Notes: generated by a model not told the origin, from the letters alone. Counted from the whole stretch's first letter, positions 32,767 to 42,644 are shown. The stretch is DNA of 63,832 nt, filler included, from 6 parts of 6 records of this genome joined end to end with filler, not necessarily neighbours in it; one strand, 5' to 3'. Numbers and translations are program-made.

Positions 32767-33102
32767 ATGGCATTAGAAACTTATTTAGTTCAAGTCGCGT
32801 TTACCGCTGAAGCAATGGCGGGGTTAGTTAAGAATCCGGAAAACAGGCTAAGCAGCATGATTCCAATCGTGGAAAAAATGGGGGGACGCTTTGTTGGTAG
32901 TTGGATCTCTTTTGGCGAGTATGACTCGATTGCCGTGATTGAAATGCCGGATCAAGTCCATATCAAGGCCTTCTCTATGGCAGCGATGGCGGGCGGAGGT
33001 TTACGTCATTTCCACATTACGCCGATGATGTCTTTTGAAAAAGGTGTTGAAGCGATGAAGCTGGCTGGTGATTTAGCCTATCAAGCTCCTCAAGAAGATT
33101 AA
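32767..33102 (+). CDS. GYD domain protein (function unknown)
   Basis: FTAEAMAGLVKNP.NR, VEKMGG, FGEYDSIAVIEMPD. Confidence 0.8.
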   Translation: MALETYLVQVAFTAEAMAGLVKNPENRLSSMIPIVEKMGGRFVGSWISFGEYDSIAVIEMPDQVHIKAFSMAAMAGGGLRHFHITPMMSFEKGVEAMKLAGDLAYQAPQED

Positions 33103-33115
33103 GTTTAAATGAACA

Positions 33116-33141
33116 GAAGCGGCTAGATAGCCGCTTCTTTT
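33116..33141 (+). terminator. Terminator closing the TRAP-OsmC-GYD operon
   Basis: AGAAGCGGCTA-GA-TAGCCGCTTCT followed by T's. Confidence 0.75.
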
Positions 33142-33175
33142 AAATCAACGCTAGTAAATTGAAGCAGCGTTCGAG

Positions 33176-34216
33176 TTATCGGAACTGCTTCACCCGATCC
33201 CATTCACCTTTTAAGATCTTTTGTGACGCAGCAATTATCTCATCATTGAGTTTTGACGGAGATTTCTTAGCCTCAACGGCAACCATTGCTTTATCGAGCA
33301 GACTCAATAAGTGCTGACATGCTTCTTCTTGAGGGTTAATCAACAAGTGAATTTTCGCGTAAAGCTTTTCGGTTTCTTGCATCGCTTGATTATAAGTGCA
33401 TGACCAGTGATAAAGCTCTTTCATTACGAACTGTGGGTCTTTCATTTCCGTTAATATGTCTTCGCAACCATCTTTGATTTTATGTAAATCCCAAATTGCG
33501 TTGGTCGCAGAGACAAAGTTCGCAATTTCTTCGCGTAGACTGTGAATCCATTGTTGGCGGTTTTCCGCGACAATTTTTGCCTTTTCAAACTCGATATCAA
33601 CATCCGAAATATGTTGATGGACGGTTTTGGTTTCAGAAACCTGTTCGACTCTTCTGGCTGTTTTTCGTTGACCGATAAGCAGAGTCACGGAGGTAATCAG
33701 AACTACAGCTAGCACTAACCATTCTGCGCCGAAAGCACTGAATGACGACTCTGTTGCAGACACATCATTAAAGGTTTGAATGGCACTCGTATCGGTACTC
33801 TGACTCTCTGTTGGCAAAGCCATTTCACCTTTAGTTATCAACTGTTGTTTAGATAGGGCAGTATCAAGGGTCGTAGCGTCTAAAGTCGGTTGCTGCTCTT
33901 TAGTGAGTTCTGTTGCTATTTGCTCAATCTCTGTTGCTTGCTCTACCTTTGTTGGTTGAACTTTGGCCGTGATTGAGGCTTCAACCTTGTTATCTGTTTC
34001 AGCTTCGTTGGTATCGGTTGCAGTGGTTGCTTGAGCCTGAATGTCTTGGCTTTCTGCTATAGCCGTTTCAACAGCCGTGTTATCTGCATTGTCTGCGCTA
34101 TTGGCAGCTTCTGTTAATTGAGCCGGTTCTTCGGTATCTGCAATATCTTCATTTTCAATGATTGGTTGGGCTGGTGGCTCAATCACGACCAAAGTATCTG
34201 TATCCAAAGTGTTCAT
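33176..34216 (-). CDS. Hypothetical single-pass membrane protein with acidic, low-complexity N-terminus
   Basis: 346-aa ORF; E/T/A/D-rich first ~160 aa; TM WLVLAVVLITSVTLLIG; helical C-terminus. Confidence 0.75.
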   Translation of the reverse strand: MNTLDTDTLVVIEPPAQPIIENEDIADTEEPAQLTEAANSADNADNTAVETAIAESQDIQAQATTATDTNEAETDNKVEASITAKVQPTKVEQATEIEQIATELTKEQQPTLDATTLDTALSKQQLITKGEMALPTESQSTDTSAIQTFNDVSATESSFSAFGAEWLVLAVVLITSVTLLIGQRKTARRVEQVSETKTVHQHISDVDIEFEKAKIVAENRQQWIHSLREEIANFVSATNAIWDLHKIKDGCEDILTEMKDPQFVMKELYHWSCTYNQAMQETEKLYAKIHLLINPQEEACQHLLSLLDKAMVAVEAKKSPSKLNDEIIAASQKILKGEWDRVKQFR

Positions 34217-34496
34217 TCTTACCTCAAATTGCCATTGTTACCTTGGCGTTTTCGATACTCTGGACTAGTGGTCCGTCCCGTTGGTCAGAGTATTACAGTG
34301 ATTAACCTATCGATTCGTTTGGTGAAAATACCAACCCGCTAGGTAGCTTGTTAAGGGCTGATATTTTGCCGAAATTTGTATGAGGTGAATGCAGTCATTT
34401 GCATCATCTGGCATCAGAATTTGCTGAAAAAGTGTGAGGGAAAGAAAATGATGAAAGGGGCCTTAGAGGCCCCTTATATGCGGGTTTGGTAATAAA

Positions 34497-34922
34497 TCAG
34501 TTAATGCTGATTCGGTGATCTTCTTGTGGTGCTTGTTCCAGTTTCGGAATCACGACTACCAACACCCCATCCTCAAATTCAGCGTAGATATCTTTAGGGT
34601 TAACGTTGTCGCTTAGTGAAAAGCTGCGCACCATTTTTCCTTCAAAACGCTCTTTGTGGATGATTTTGTCTTGATCTTTTTTCTCTTCGGTTTTGCTTGT
34701 GGAGGCTTCAATGGTAAGCGCTCCATTTTTGTAGGTGATGGCGACATCATCTTTAGCAACGCCCGGCAAGTCAGCGATGATTTCGAATGCGGTTTCTTTT
34801 TCAATTACATCCACCCGAGGGGAGAATGACTCAGTATCGAAACGCGGCCGAATTGACGGAAATGCATGATCAAACACGCGATAGAAATCAGACCATGAAT
34901 CACGAGGAATTAAGCTCATCAT
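34497..34922 (-). CDS. Hsp20/alpha-crystallin small heat-shock protein
   Basis: PRVDV.E, ADLPGV.KDD, ERFEGKMVRSF.L, AEFEDGVL.V.IPK. Confidence 0.93.
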   Translation of the reverse strand: MMSLIPRDSWSDFYRVFDHAFPSIRPRFDTESFSPRVDVIEKETAFEIIADLPGVAKDDVAITYKNGALTIEASTSKTEEKKDQDKIIHKERFEGKMVRSFSLSDNVNPKDIYAEFEDGVLVVVIPKLEQAPQEDHRISIN

Positions 34923-35001
34923 AACCTCCTATTACTATCTTCAACCACCCTAATAATTGTAGTTCGGCTTAGCATGTCGGTAGATGTTTTTTTTAATAGT
35001 A

Positions 35002-35015
35002 TTGATCGAAATCAA
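35002..35015. promoter_or_regulatory. FNR-binding consensus
   Basis: Exact TTGAT-CGAA-ATCAA upstream of hsp20. Confidence 0.7.
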
Positions 35016-35159
35016 TCGTGTAAAACGTGACGGAAGTGTTAAAAAAATGAGTGGGTTATCGCATTGTTATATAATAACTTTTCTGTTTTAGCCCAATTTT
35101 TAAATAAAGGATGTAAGTTATGCTCGTCTTTAAACTGAGCACTCAAATAAAGCAGGGAA

Positions 35160-35444
35160 ATGATGGCAAGAGCGACTCTCGATATTGATATTTTAATTAT
35201 TGAATTATTACAACAACAGGGCTTAATTAAAAAAGAAGCAGAAGCATATTTGAAAAAAGAAATTTACCAGTTAGAGCTAGAAGATATTCAGAAAGTAAAA
35301 AGCTACTCTCACCATTTTGGTTCGCCGGCCAAGGAGAAACTGATTCAAGAGGTTTTGGATCTTAGACGCGAAACTCTGTTTAAAAAGTTGGCTAAACAAA
35401 GCCTTTCCCCAAATGCACAACTAGAACCGGCATCTAGTCACTGA
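35160..35444 (+). CDS. Hypothetical small protein (94 aa)
   Basis: ORF preceded by purine-rich GCAGGGAA and followed by hairpin GGCTGAAAAAGTC...GACTTTTTCAGTT. Confidence 0.65.
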   Translation: MMARATLDIDILIIELLQQQGLIKKEAEAYLKKEIYQLELEDIQKVKSYSHHFGSPAKEKLIQEVLDLRRETLFKKLAKQSLSPNAQLEPASSH

Positions 35445-35554
35445 AATTTAGGCTGAAAAAGTCACTCTCCGGACTTTTTCAGTTCTGCTTCCCTTAAAAA
35501 ATCTCACTAAATTCCTCATTTTCTATACGTCACTAACCTTGAACTTGAATTTAT

Positions 35555-35569
35555 TGTTATGTTATAACA
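35555..35569. promoter_or_regulatory. Zur box
   Basis: TGTTAT-GTT-ATAACA matches the gammaproteobacterial Zur core TGTTATnnnATAACA, just upstream of the ABC operon. Confidence 0.75.
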
Positions 35570-35590
35570 ACTCACTTTGAGTTTAGTAGA

Positions 35591-37123
35591 GTGATAAAAA
35601 TGAGAATTATTTCCACTGCTTTGTTAGCCATAGCCGTTTCGCTGCAGGCTAGTGCGAACGTGCTACCTTCCAAATCTAATACAGTCACCATTAGTGGTGG
35701 GCTAGAGTTTGCAAACGCAGATCCTTCTGCAAGTGGTTACATGTTTACCCGCATGCAAGTTATCGAAACCTTGTTTGATGTTGACGATAGCGGCCAAATC
35801 TTACCTGCGTTAGCTCTGGAAGCGACAGCAAACAAAGCGTTAACTCAGTGGACAGTGACATTGCGTGACGGGGTGAAGTTCCAAGATGGGACTGCAATGA
35901 ACGCTGAAGCTGTTGTCAAAAGTCTCAATATTGCACTAAGCAAACACGGTTCGCTGGGCAAAGTACCCGTGAAATCGATTGTTGCTCAAGGTGCAAACAA
36001 AGTGGTGTTTGAACTAACAGAGGCCTATAAGAGCTTACCAGCCGTTTTAGCAAACTATTCAAATGCCATCTTAAGCCCTAGCTCGTATACGGCAGAAGGC
36101 AAAGTAGAGGCGCTGATTGGTACGGGCCCGTTTACCGTTTACGAAGTTGCCGCTCCGCACAAAATTACAGTGCAAAAATTCGATGGCTATTGGGGCAAAA
36201 AAGCGAGTATCGAATTTGCCACCTACCTAACAGGACACCGTGGTGAAAGCCGTGCTTTGCAGGCAACCAGTGGCCAGGCAGATATTGCGCTTCAATTACC
36301 GCCAGCAAGCATTATGCGGATAAAGATGAATCCGCATACGGATGTTCACTCATACTCTTTGCCTAGAACTCTGGTCTTGAAGTTGAATAATGCGCATCCG
36401 TCACTCAACACAGTTGAAGCAAGACAAGCATTAAGCTTCGCTATCGACCGTAAAGGTATATCCAATGCTGTGTTACGTACGCCTAATTCAGAAACCGCAC
36501 AGCTTCTGCCAAGCTCAATGGGGGATTGGTATCTGGAATCACATGCAAACCCAGAACTTAACCTAGATAAAGCGAGAGCATTGCTTGAAGGGCAAGGCTG
36601 GACGTTGAATAGTGACGGTATGTTTGAGCGTGATGGAAAACCGTTTGAGTTGACGTTGATCACTTACGCTGATCGACCAGAACTGACTTCCGTAGCAACA
36701 GCGATTCAGGCTCAGTGGAAAAAACTGGGGGTGAAACTAAACGTTAATGTCACCAGTTCGAGCTCCATTCCAGCCGGTCACCAAGATGGCTCGCTAGAAG
36801 TAGCTTTGATTGCGCGAAACTATGGCGTGATAGCCGATCCTCTGGTTGTGGTTAGCAATGACTTTTCCGCAAAGGGTGGTGATTGGGGGGCAATGAACTG
36901 GTCAAATCCAGAGTTTAACCAGATTGTAAAACAGTTGAACTACACCTTTGATCAACAAGAGTACCGCGCTAAAGCACAACGTGCCGCAACCATTCTTGCT
37001 ACCGAGCTTCCGGTTATTCCTGTCTCTTCCTATACCGAAGAAGTAGCGGTGAATAAACGATTAAAAGGGTTCCATTTCGACCCATTTGGGCGCAGTTTCT
37101 ATCTTAATGAACTGGAGTTCTAA
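35591..37123 (+). CDS. ABC transporter substrate-binding protein, family 5 (peptide/nickel/metallophore)
   Basis: Signal peptide, LRDGVKFQDGT, IGTGPF, RQALSFAIDR, AIQAQWKKLG. Confidence 0.92.
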   Translation: MIKMRIISTALLAIAVSLQASANVLPSKSNTVTISGGLEFANADPSASGYMFTRMQVIETLFDVDDSGQILPALALEATANKALTQWTVTLRDGVKFQDGTAMNAEAVVKSLNIALSKHGSLGKVPVKSIVAQGANKVVFELTEAYKSLPAVLANYSNAILSPSSYTAEGKVEALIGTGPFTVYEVAAPHKITVQKFDGYWGKKASIEFATYLTGHRGESRALQATSGQADIALQLPPASIMRIKMNPHTDVHSYSLPRTLVLKLNNAHPSLNTVEARQALSFAIDRKGISNAVLRTPNSETAQLLPSSMGDWYLESHANPELNLDKARALLEGQGWTLNSDGMFERDGKPFELTLITYADRPELTSVATAIQAQWKKLGVKLNVNVTSSSSIPAGHQDGSLEVALIARNYGVIADPLVVVSNDFSAKGGDWGAMNWSNPEFNQIVKQLNYTFDQQEYRAKAQRAATILATELPVIPVSSYTEEVAVNKRLKGFHFDPFGRSFYLNELEF

Positions 37124-37128
37124 GCGCA

Positions 37129-38064
37129 GTGGTTAAACTTTTTTACAACCGTATTTTACAGCTTGTTGCGGTGGTGTTTGGTGTGGGCGCATTAACTTTT
37201 GTTCTGATGCGTTCATTGCCTGGCGACATGGCGTTTCGAATTGCCGCTAGCCGATATGGACAAGATAACGTCAGTGCTGAAGCCGCTGAGTACATTCGTC
37301 AGGAATTAAACTTAAATCAATCCGGTTTTGCTTCATTTTGGTCGTGGATAACGGATTTAGCCCAGTTTAATTTGGGTAATTCTTTGGTGAGTGGTCAACC
37401 CGTGAGCGAAATTGTCAGTCACCAGTTAGGCCATTCTGTGGTATTGGCCGTAGCGGGGATCTTTCTCTCTATAGCCATCGCGTTTCCTATGGGATTAGCC
37501 AGTGTAAAGTGGCGACGTTTCTTTGAGCCGCTTGCTGTGTTTGCTTCAATTACGGTACGCGCACTGCCAGTGTTCGTTATTGGTTTAGTGCTGATTTTGG
37601 TTTTTGCGCTTAATTGGCAATGGCTACCGGTCGCAGGTTTTGATACACCCGCGCATCTTGTGTTGCCAACGTTCACCTTAGCGATTGCTTTAGCTGCAAC
37701 CTCGAACCGAATTGTTGCTAACTCAACACGTCAGGTGATTCGAGCGCCTTTTTATCAGTTTTCGATGATGAAAGGACTCTCGGCAGGCCGGACGTTTCAG
37801 CGTCATGGTATTCGCAATATTCTGCTGCCAGTCGTCGCATTTATCGGTATTCAGTTTATTACCGTGATTGAAGGTATCGTGATGATTGAATCGCTGTTTT
37901 CATGGCCTGGTGTTGGGCATGGATTAGCACACGCTATTTTTGCTCGTGACATTCCGGTTATTCAGGGAACCGCCCTTTGTTTAGGCGTCATGTTTGTTGT
38001 ACTTAATACCGTGGTCGACTTGCTGTGTTATTGGATTGATCCGCGTATGCAGGAGGCGCACTAA
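37129..38064 (+). CDS. ABC transporter permease (DppB/NikB-like)
   Basis: LPGD, NLGNSL.SGQPV, LVLP..TL, IESLFSWPGVG, RDIPVIQG, IDPR. Confidence 0.92.
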   Translation: MVKLFYNRILQLVAVVFGVGALTFVLMRSLPGDMAFRIAASRYGQDNVSAEAAEYIRQELNLNQSGFASFWSWITDLAQFNLGNSLVSGQPVSEIVSHQLGHSVVLAVAGIFLSIAIAFPMGLASVKWRRFFEPLAVFASITVRALPVFVIGLVLILVFALNWQWLPVAGFDTPAHLVLPTFTLAIALAATSNRIVANSTRQVIRAPFYQFSMMKGLSAGRTFQRHGIRNILLPVVAFIGIQFITVIEGIVMIESLFSWPGVGHGLAHAIFARDIPVIQGTALCLGVMFVVLNTVVDLLCYWIDPRMQEAH

Positions 38065-38065
38065 T

Positions 38066-38857
38066 ATGTTGGCAATATTCGCAAATTACAAATCGCGCAG
38101 TGCAGGCGCATTTTTACTGTTAGCCCTAGTACTGATGTCGGTTTTGGGTTGGATGATGGATTTTGACCCCGCTGAACAAAACTTGTCTGCTGTTTTAACG
38201 CCGCCCAACGCGGAGTATTGGCTGGGATCGGATCAGTATGGTCGCAACATGTTTGCTCGATTAAGCGAAGCGTTACGTCTTTCACTCACTTTAGCGGTGA
38301 TATGTGTGGTCAGTGCGAGTGTTATGGGCTGTCTTCTCGGTGTCATCGCCGGATGGTATGGCCGTTGGCTGGATACTGGGCTGAACATTGTGGTGAACAT
38401 TTTGCTCGCGATGCCGGGGTTAGTTTTTGTGTTGCTTTTCGCTGCGCTGGTTCCGGGGTCGTTTACCGCTATTTATGTTGCTATCGCATTGGTGCAATGG
38501 GTTGAGTATTTCCGTGTCAGTCGTTCGTTGACGCAATCTTTGGTCAATAGTCCTGAAATTCAGAACGCTCAACTGCTTGGCTTTGGTCGTGGTTATATTT
38601 TTGCCCATCATTTATGGCCGACTCTGCGTTCTCCGGTTCTGACAATGGCTGCGTTTGGTGCGGCTAATGCAGTGCTTTATATGGCATCAATGGGGTTCGT
38701 ATATGTGGGCATTCAACCACCAACAAGTGAATTGGGACAAATGATTGTTGAACTGTTTCCTTACTACAGTGATGCGCCTTGGCTATTGCTTCAACCACTG
38801 GTTATGCTGGCGTTAATCGTGCTTTCGTTTCATTTAATCGCGGGAGAAAAACGATGA
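38066..38857 (+). CDS. ABC transporter permease (DppC/NikC-like)
   Basis: WLGSDQYGR, GIQPPTSELG, PWLL..P; ATG 38066 after AGGAGG. Confidence 0.9.
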   Translation: MLAIFANYKSRSAGAFLLLALVLMSVLGWMMDFDPAEQNLSAVLTPPNAEYWLGSDQYGRNMFARLSEALRLSLTLAVICVVSASVMGCLLGVIAGWYGRWLDTGLNIVVNILLAMPGLVFVLLFAALVPGSFTAIYVAIALVQWVEYFRVSRSLTQSLVNSPEIQNAQLLGFGRGYIFAHHLWPTLRSPVLTMAAFGAANAVLYMASMGFVYVGIQPPTSELGQMIVELFPYYSDAPWLLLQPLVMLALIVLSFHLIAGEKR

Positions 38858-40281
38858 GCGAGTTACTGAAAATCACTGACCTGACGATTTCTTTTGGTCA
38901 ACGTTGCTTGTTAGAAAACATCTCACTATCGATAAAACAAGGGGAGCCGTTGGTTATTCTTGGTCAAACCGGCTCGGGTAAAAGTTTGTTGATGAAATGG
39001 ATTATGGCGAGCATTGATCCAAATCTAAGTTGCCAAGGCCAAATCGAAGTTCACGGACAACGGATGAATCAAAATAAGCGTCGTGAGCTATGGGGCACTC
39101 AAATGGCAATGCTGCCCCAAGAGCCGATGACGACGTTGGACCCTTTGATGAAGTCGGGTGAACAGATCGCAGAAGTCTCTCGCTTTGTGTTAGGCCATAC
39201 AGCCAGTCAATCGCGTGAAATGGCAAAAGATGAGATGGAAAGATATGGCTTATCAGATGCTTATCATAAACGCTCTGGACAGCTTTCCGGAGGCATGGCA
39301 CAACGGCTCGCGATATGTGTATCAACGGCGGCCAATGCGTCGATCATTCTCGCTGATGAACCAACCAAAGGTTTGGATGTGAGTCGACGTGACGATGTGG
39401 TTGATATGCTGATGGCTAAAGGGGCGGGCCATGGTTTGGTGGTAGTGACTCATGATGTGGAAGTGGCTGAGCGTGTGGGTGGTCAAATTTTGGTTTTGCA
39501 TTATGGAACAGTGGTCGAGCAAGGGCAAACCAGAGAAGTGCTTGCAAACCCAAAACAGGAATACACCCGCAGCCTGATCAATGCGACACCTAAACATTGG
39601 CCGGTAAGCCGCAGAGAAAAAGGCACTGAAGCGCGTATTCTGAAAGTGGATAATCTCGCTATCCGACGTGGTCATCAGCAATTGTTTGAATCGCTGTCGT
39701 TTGAGGTTCTAAAAGGCGAAATTGTGGGTATCGTCGGCGATAGTGGCTGTGGAAAAAGCAGTTTAGGCGATGCAATATTAGGGCATATTGAGACATCTCA
39801 AGGTGAAATCATTCGTGAAAAGACTCAAGGTAAAGCCAAGTGGCTGAAGCTCTATCAAGATCCGTTCACTTCACTGCCTCAGCATCTTACGTTGGGCAAA
39901 ATGCTTAATGATTTGATTGCACTGCATAAGCTTGATAAGAGCCGGGTTAAGCCTCTGATGGAACAGTTATCTCTGCGTGAGCAAGTTCTGGACTTTACCA
40001 GTAGCGAAGTGTCAGGAGGTGAGCTACAGCGTTTCTCAATCTTGCGTGCGTTAATGATGGATCCGGTATTTCTATTTGCTGATGAGCCAACATCACGTTT
40101 AGACCCCATTATCGCAAAAGAAGTGACTATGCAGCTAGCACAATTGGCGCGTAGCCAAAATTGCGGGTTATTGATTGTCAGTCATGACCCTGACTTGATT
40201 GATGCGATTTCGGATAAAGTGATTAACATCAGTCATTATGCGCCGCAGTCTGTAGAAGCCAAGCAGGTTTGTGTCGCTTAG
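38854..40281 (+). CDS. ABC transporter ATP-binding protein, fused double ATPase
   Basis: GQTGSGKS/LSGGMAQR/ADEPT and GDSGCGKS/VSGGELQR/ADEPT; ATGA overlap with the upstream stop. Confidence 0.93.
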   Translation: MSELLKITDLTISFGQRCLLENISLSIKQGEPLVILGQTGSGKSLLMKWIMASIDPNLSCQGQIEVHGQRMNQNKRRELWGTQMAMLPQEPMTTLDPLMKSGEQIAEVSRFVLGHTASQSREMAKDEMERYGLSDAYHKRSGQLSGGMAQRLAICVSTAANASIILADEPTKGLDVSRRDDVVDMLMAKGAGHGLVVVTHDVEVAERVGGQILVLHYGTVVEQGQTREVLANPKQEYTRSLINATPKHWPVSRREKGTEARILKVDNLAIRRGHQQLFESLSFEVLKGEIVGIVGDSGCGKSSLGDAILGHIETSQGEIIREKTQGKAKWLKLYQDPFTSLPQHLTLGKMLNDLIALHKLDKSRVKPLMEQLSLREQVLDFTSSEVSGGELQRFSILRALMMDPVFLFADEPTSRLDPIIAKEVTMQLAQLARSQNCGLLIVSHDPDLIDAISDKVINISHYAPQSVEAKQVCVA

Positions 40282-40296
40282 TTAATAGCAATATAT

Positions 40297-40336
40297 AAGC
40301 CCCTAGCGCTGATGTTATGCTCTAGGGGCTTGTTTT
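40297..40336. terminator. Bidirectional terminator
   Basis: AAGCCCCTAG...CTAGGGGCTT between convergent genes. Confidence 0.7.
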
Positions 40337-40347
40337 ACTTTGCGATA

Positions 40348-42393
40348 CTAATGACCAACAAACCCAACGATGATTTTATCGTTTTGCCAACTTCTAGAGA
40401 AAACATACGCGCCATCTTGTTGGATGACTTTATGCTCACCCGCTCCAATCGCTGGGTGACGTTGACGGAACTGGCCAACGGTTTGCCAATGTTGAAGTAG
40501 TAATTGGCGTTCTTTATCCAAATCCCAAACCATATCTGAGCGTGTACCCTGATGGAAATCATCCGCATAAGGGCCTAAGTTTCGCGCAACTTCATCACCG
40601 TAATATACTTGGATTGCTCCCGGGTTTAGCAGTAATGCATTTGCCGCATTGCGTTGCATTTCAAAAGATTTAAAACGGCTGAAGAACAGCTCGGTATCAT
40701 GCGACGACATATAGCTGACCACATTAAAATCGGGCTGTTGTTGTAGCGTTTTGGCATTGGTGGCGTAAATGGGTTCCATCTGGCTGAAACAAGCGGCACC
40801 GTTATCCATTTTTTTCTGTACATCAAAGTTGATCAAAGCATCAAACCCGTCATCAAAGTACGGGCTGCGATAAGCACCATGCCCCCATACTTCACCCATC
40901 ATCCAAAAAGGCACTCCCTGTCGATCGTTCTCTTTCCGCCATTGATTGAGATTCTCACTGGCAGACTGTTTGAGGCGTTTCCAGACATCACCTTCTACAT
41001 GTTTGACAGTGTCGACACGATATCCATCAATACCAAAGCGTTTAACCCAGTCGCTCTGCCATTCGATAAGGTAGTCTGCGACAGTGTAGTTGCTACGACT
41101 TTCAACGCGAGTACCGGGATTGTTAAGTAACCATTGAGGTGGCGTGACAAAATCGGTAGATTCCGTTCTGAAATCGGGGAGGCCAGCCAGTGTCATCGTA
41201 ATATCACCTGACCCGGGTTTTGGGTAGCCAGGAAGGCCGGCGCGAACCCAATCGCCACCCCACCACTGTTTCCAATTAGGGCTGTTATAGTTGATATTTT
41301 TATGGAAGCTGTGCCAGTTCTCAGTCCCAGATGGTGCCCAGTCGGCCCATTTTTGTGGCAGCTTATCTCCGTTTACCACATCAATATGATCCACTTGTAA
41401 ATCGGCCAACGTTGCATAACCTGAATGGTTAATGACGGCATCCAATAGTACCTTTATGCCGCGTTGATGAGCTTGTGTTACTAAGGTTTTTAAGTCTTCC
41501 TCGTTACCAAAGTTTTGATCGATTTTGGTGAAATCTCGGGTCCAATAGCCATGATAGGAATAGAACGGAAATGATCCGCTATCGCCACCCCCAACGAAGC
41601 CATGTACCTGCTCCGTTATCGGTGATAGCCAAATGGCATCAGTACCCAAGCTCTTTATGTAATCCAGCTTTTCGATGACACCTTTCAAATCGCCACCGTG
41701 AAAGGTTCCAATTTCCTGTTTGCCATCTTTTTTGCGTCCATAAGAGTTGTCGTTGGATTTGTCTGCGTTGTTAAAGCGATCAACCATCACAAAGTAGATG
41801 TTGGCATTGCGATAGGTAAACGGGTGAACCTGCTGTTGAACAGGCTCTAGAAGCACTAATCCGCCACTGCTAGGGGAAGGCGTGATTGAGACTGACTGAT
41901 TATGTACAGTGACCAACTTTCCGCTTAATGCGTCTTTAAGTTGTGTACCCTCAGGGAACTCGTTTCCAATATTGAGCGCCACTTCACCGCCCGCGTATTT
42001 CTCACATTGCACTTTGGGGAGTGGGCGCTTGAACTCACTATTGGCGGTTTTCTTTGCCTGACGGAGAAAGCTCAATGTTTGCGACTGATCGTCGTATTTA
42101 AAGGCGTAGTCGCCAGTGAAACGAATTTTTATATCAAGCGTGGTGTCAGAACCGCAGTTGAGCTTGATTGGCGTATTGAATTTAACTTTGGCATCGGGAT
42201 CGGCAGAACAGTCACCCGCAATTCCAGTAATCTTAAGTGTGTAGTTATCTTTTGTGAGTGCGACAACCAGAGGAGAGTCCGGATTCAATGGGAAGTCTCG
42301 GCTGTTGGTGGTTGTTGCTATGGTGATATTGGGTGATGCCGTGGCAGCGGTTGAAATAGCAAGCAGGGTAAACGTTATTAAATTATTTTTCAT
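40348..42393 (-). CDS. malS: Periplasmic alpha-amylase (GH13, MalS-like)
   Basis: Signal peptide, IYFVMVDRF, FHGGDLKG, YHGYWTRDF, DAVINH, GYRVDTVKH, GEVW, SSHD, FHQGTRSDM. Confidence 0.85.
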   Translation of the reverse strand: MKNNLITFTLLAISTAATASPNITIATTTNSRDFPLNPDSPLVVALTKDNYTLKITGIAGDCSADPDAKVKFNTPIKLNCGSDTTLDIKIRFTGDYAFKYDDQSQTLSFLRQAKKTANSEFKRPLPKVQCEKYAGGEVALNIGNEFPEGTQLKDALSGKLVTVHNQSVSITPSPSSGGLVLLEPVQQQVHPFTYRNANIYFVMVDRFNNADKSNDNSYGRKKDGKQEIGTFHGGDLKGVIEKLDYIKSLGTDAIWLSPITEQVHGFVGGGDSGSFPFYSYHGYWTRDFTKIDQNFGNEEDLKTLVTQAHQRGIKVLLDAVINHSGYATLADLQVDHIDVVNGDKLPQKWADWAPSGTENWHSFHKNINYNSPNWKQWWGGDWVRAGLPGYPKPGSGDITMTLAGLPDFRTESTDFVTPPQWLLNNPGTRVESRSNYTVADYLIEWQSDWVKRFGIDGYRVDTVKHVEGDVWKRLKQSASENLNQWRKENDRQGVPFWMMGEVWGHGAYRSPYFDDGFDALINFDVQKKMDNGAACFSQMEPIYATNAKTLQQQPDFNVVSYMSSHDTELFFSRFKSFEMQRNAANALLLNPGAIQVYYGDEVARNLGPYADDFHQGTRSDMVWDLDKERQLLLQHWQTVGQFRQRHPAIGAGEHKVIQQDGAYVFSRSWQNDKIIVGFVGH

Positions 42394-42490
42394 ACACTTA
42401 TACGTCCTTGTAGGATCTTTTGGGTATTTCTCAATTTGTATGATAATTCAGCACTTTTCGCTCTACATCCTTCCTTGGTCTACGCCCTAG

Positions 42491-42512
42491 CAGGGTGAAC
42501 TGGTTCACAATT
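42491..42512. promoter_or_regulatory. CRP site upstream of malS
   Basis: GGTGA-ACTGGT-TCACA, one mismatch to TGTGA-N6-TCACA. Confidence 0.65.
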
Positions 42513-42644
42513 AGGGGCTTAGAGGCGTAGTTGGAAGGGAGGTTGTGAAAGTTATAGCAAGGTTACAGACTATATACTCAAGTGACCTCAAAATCCTGCA
42601 TCTTGAAGTTACTTGAGTATAACGGTGAGGTTCTGGAGATGGTT

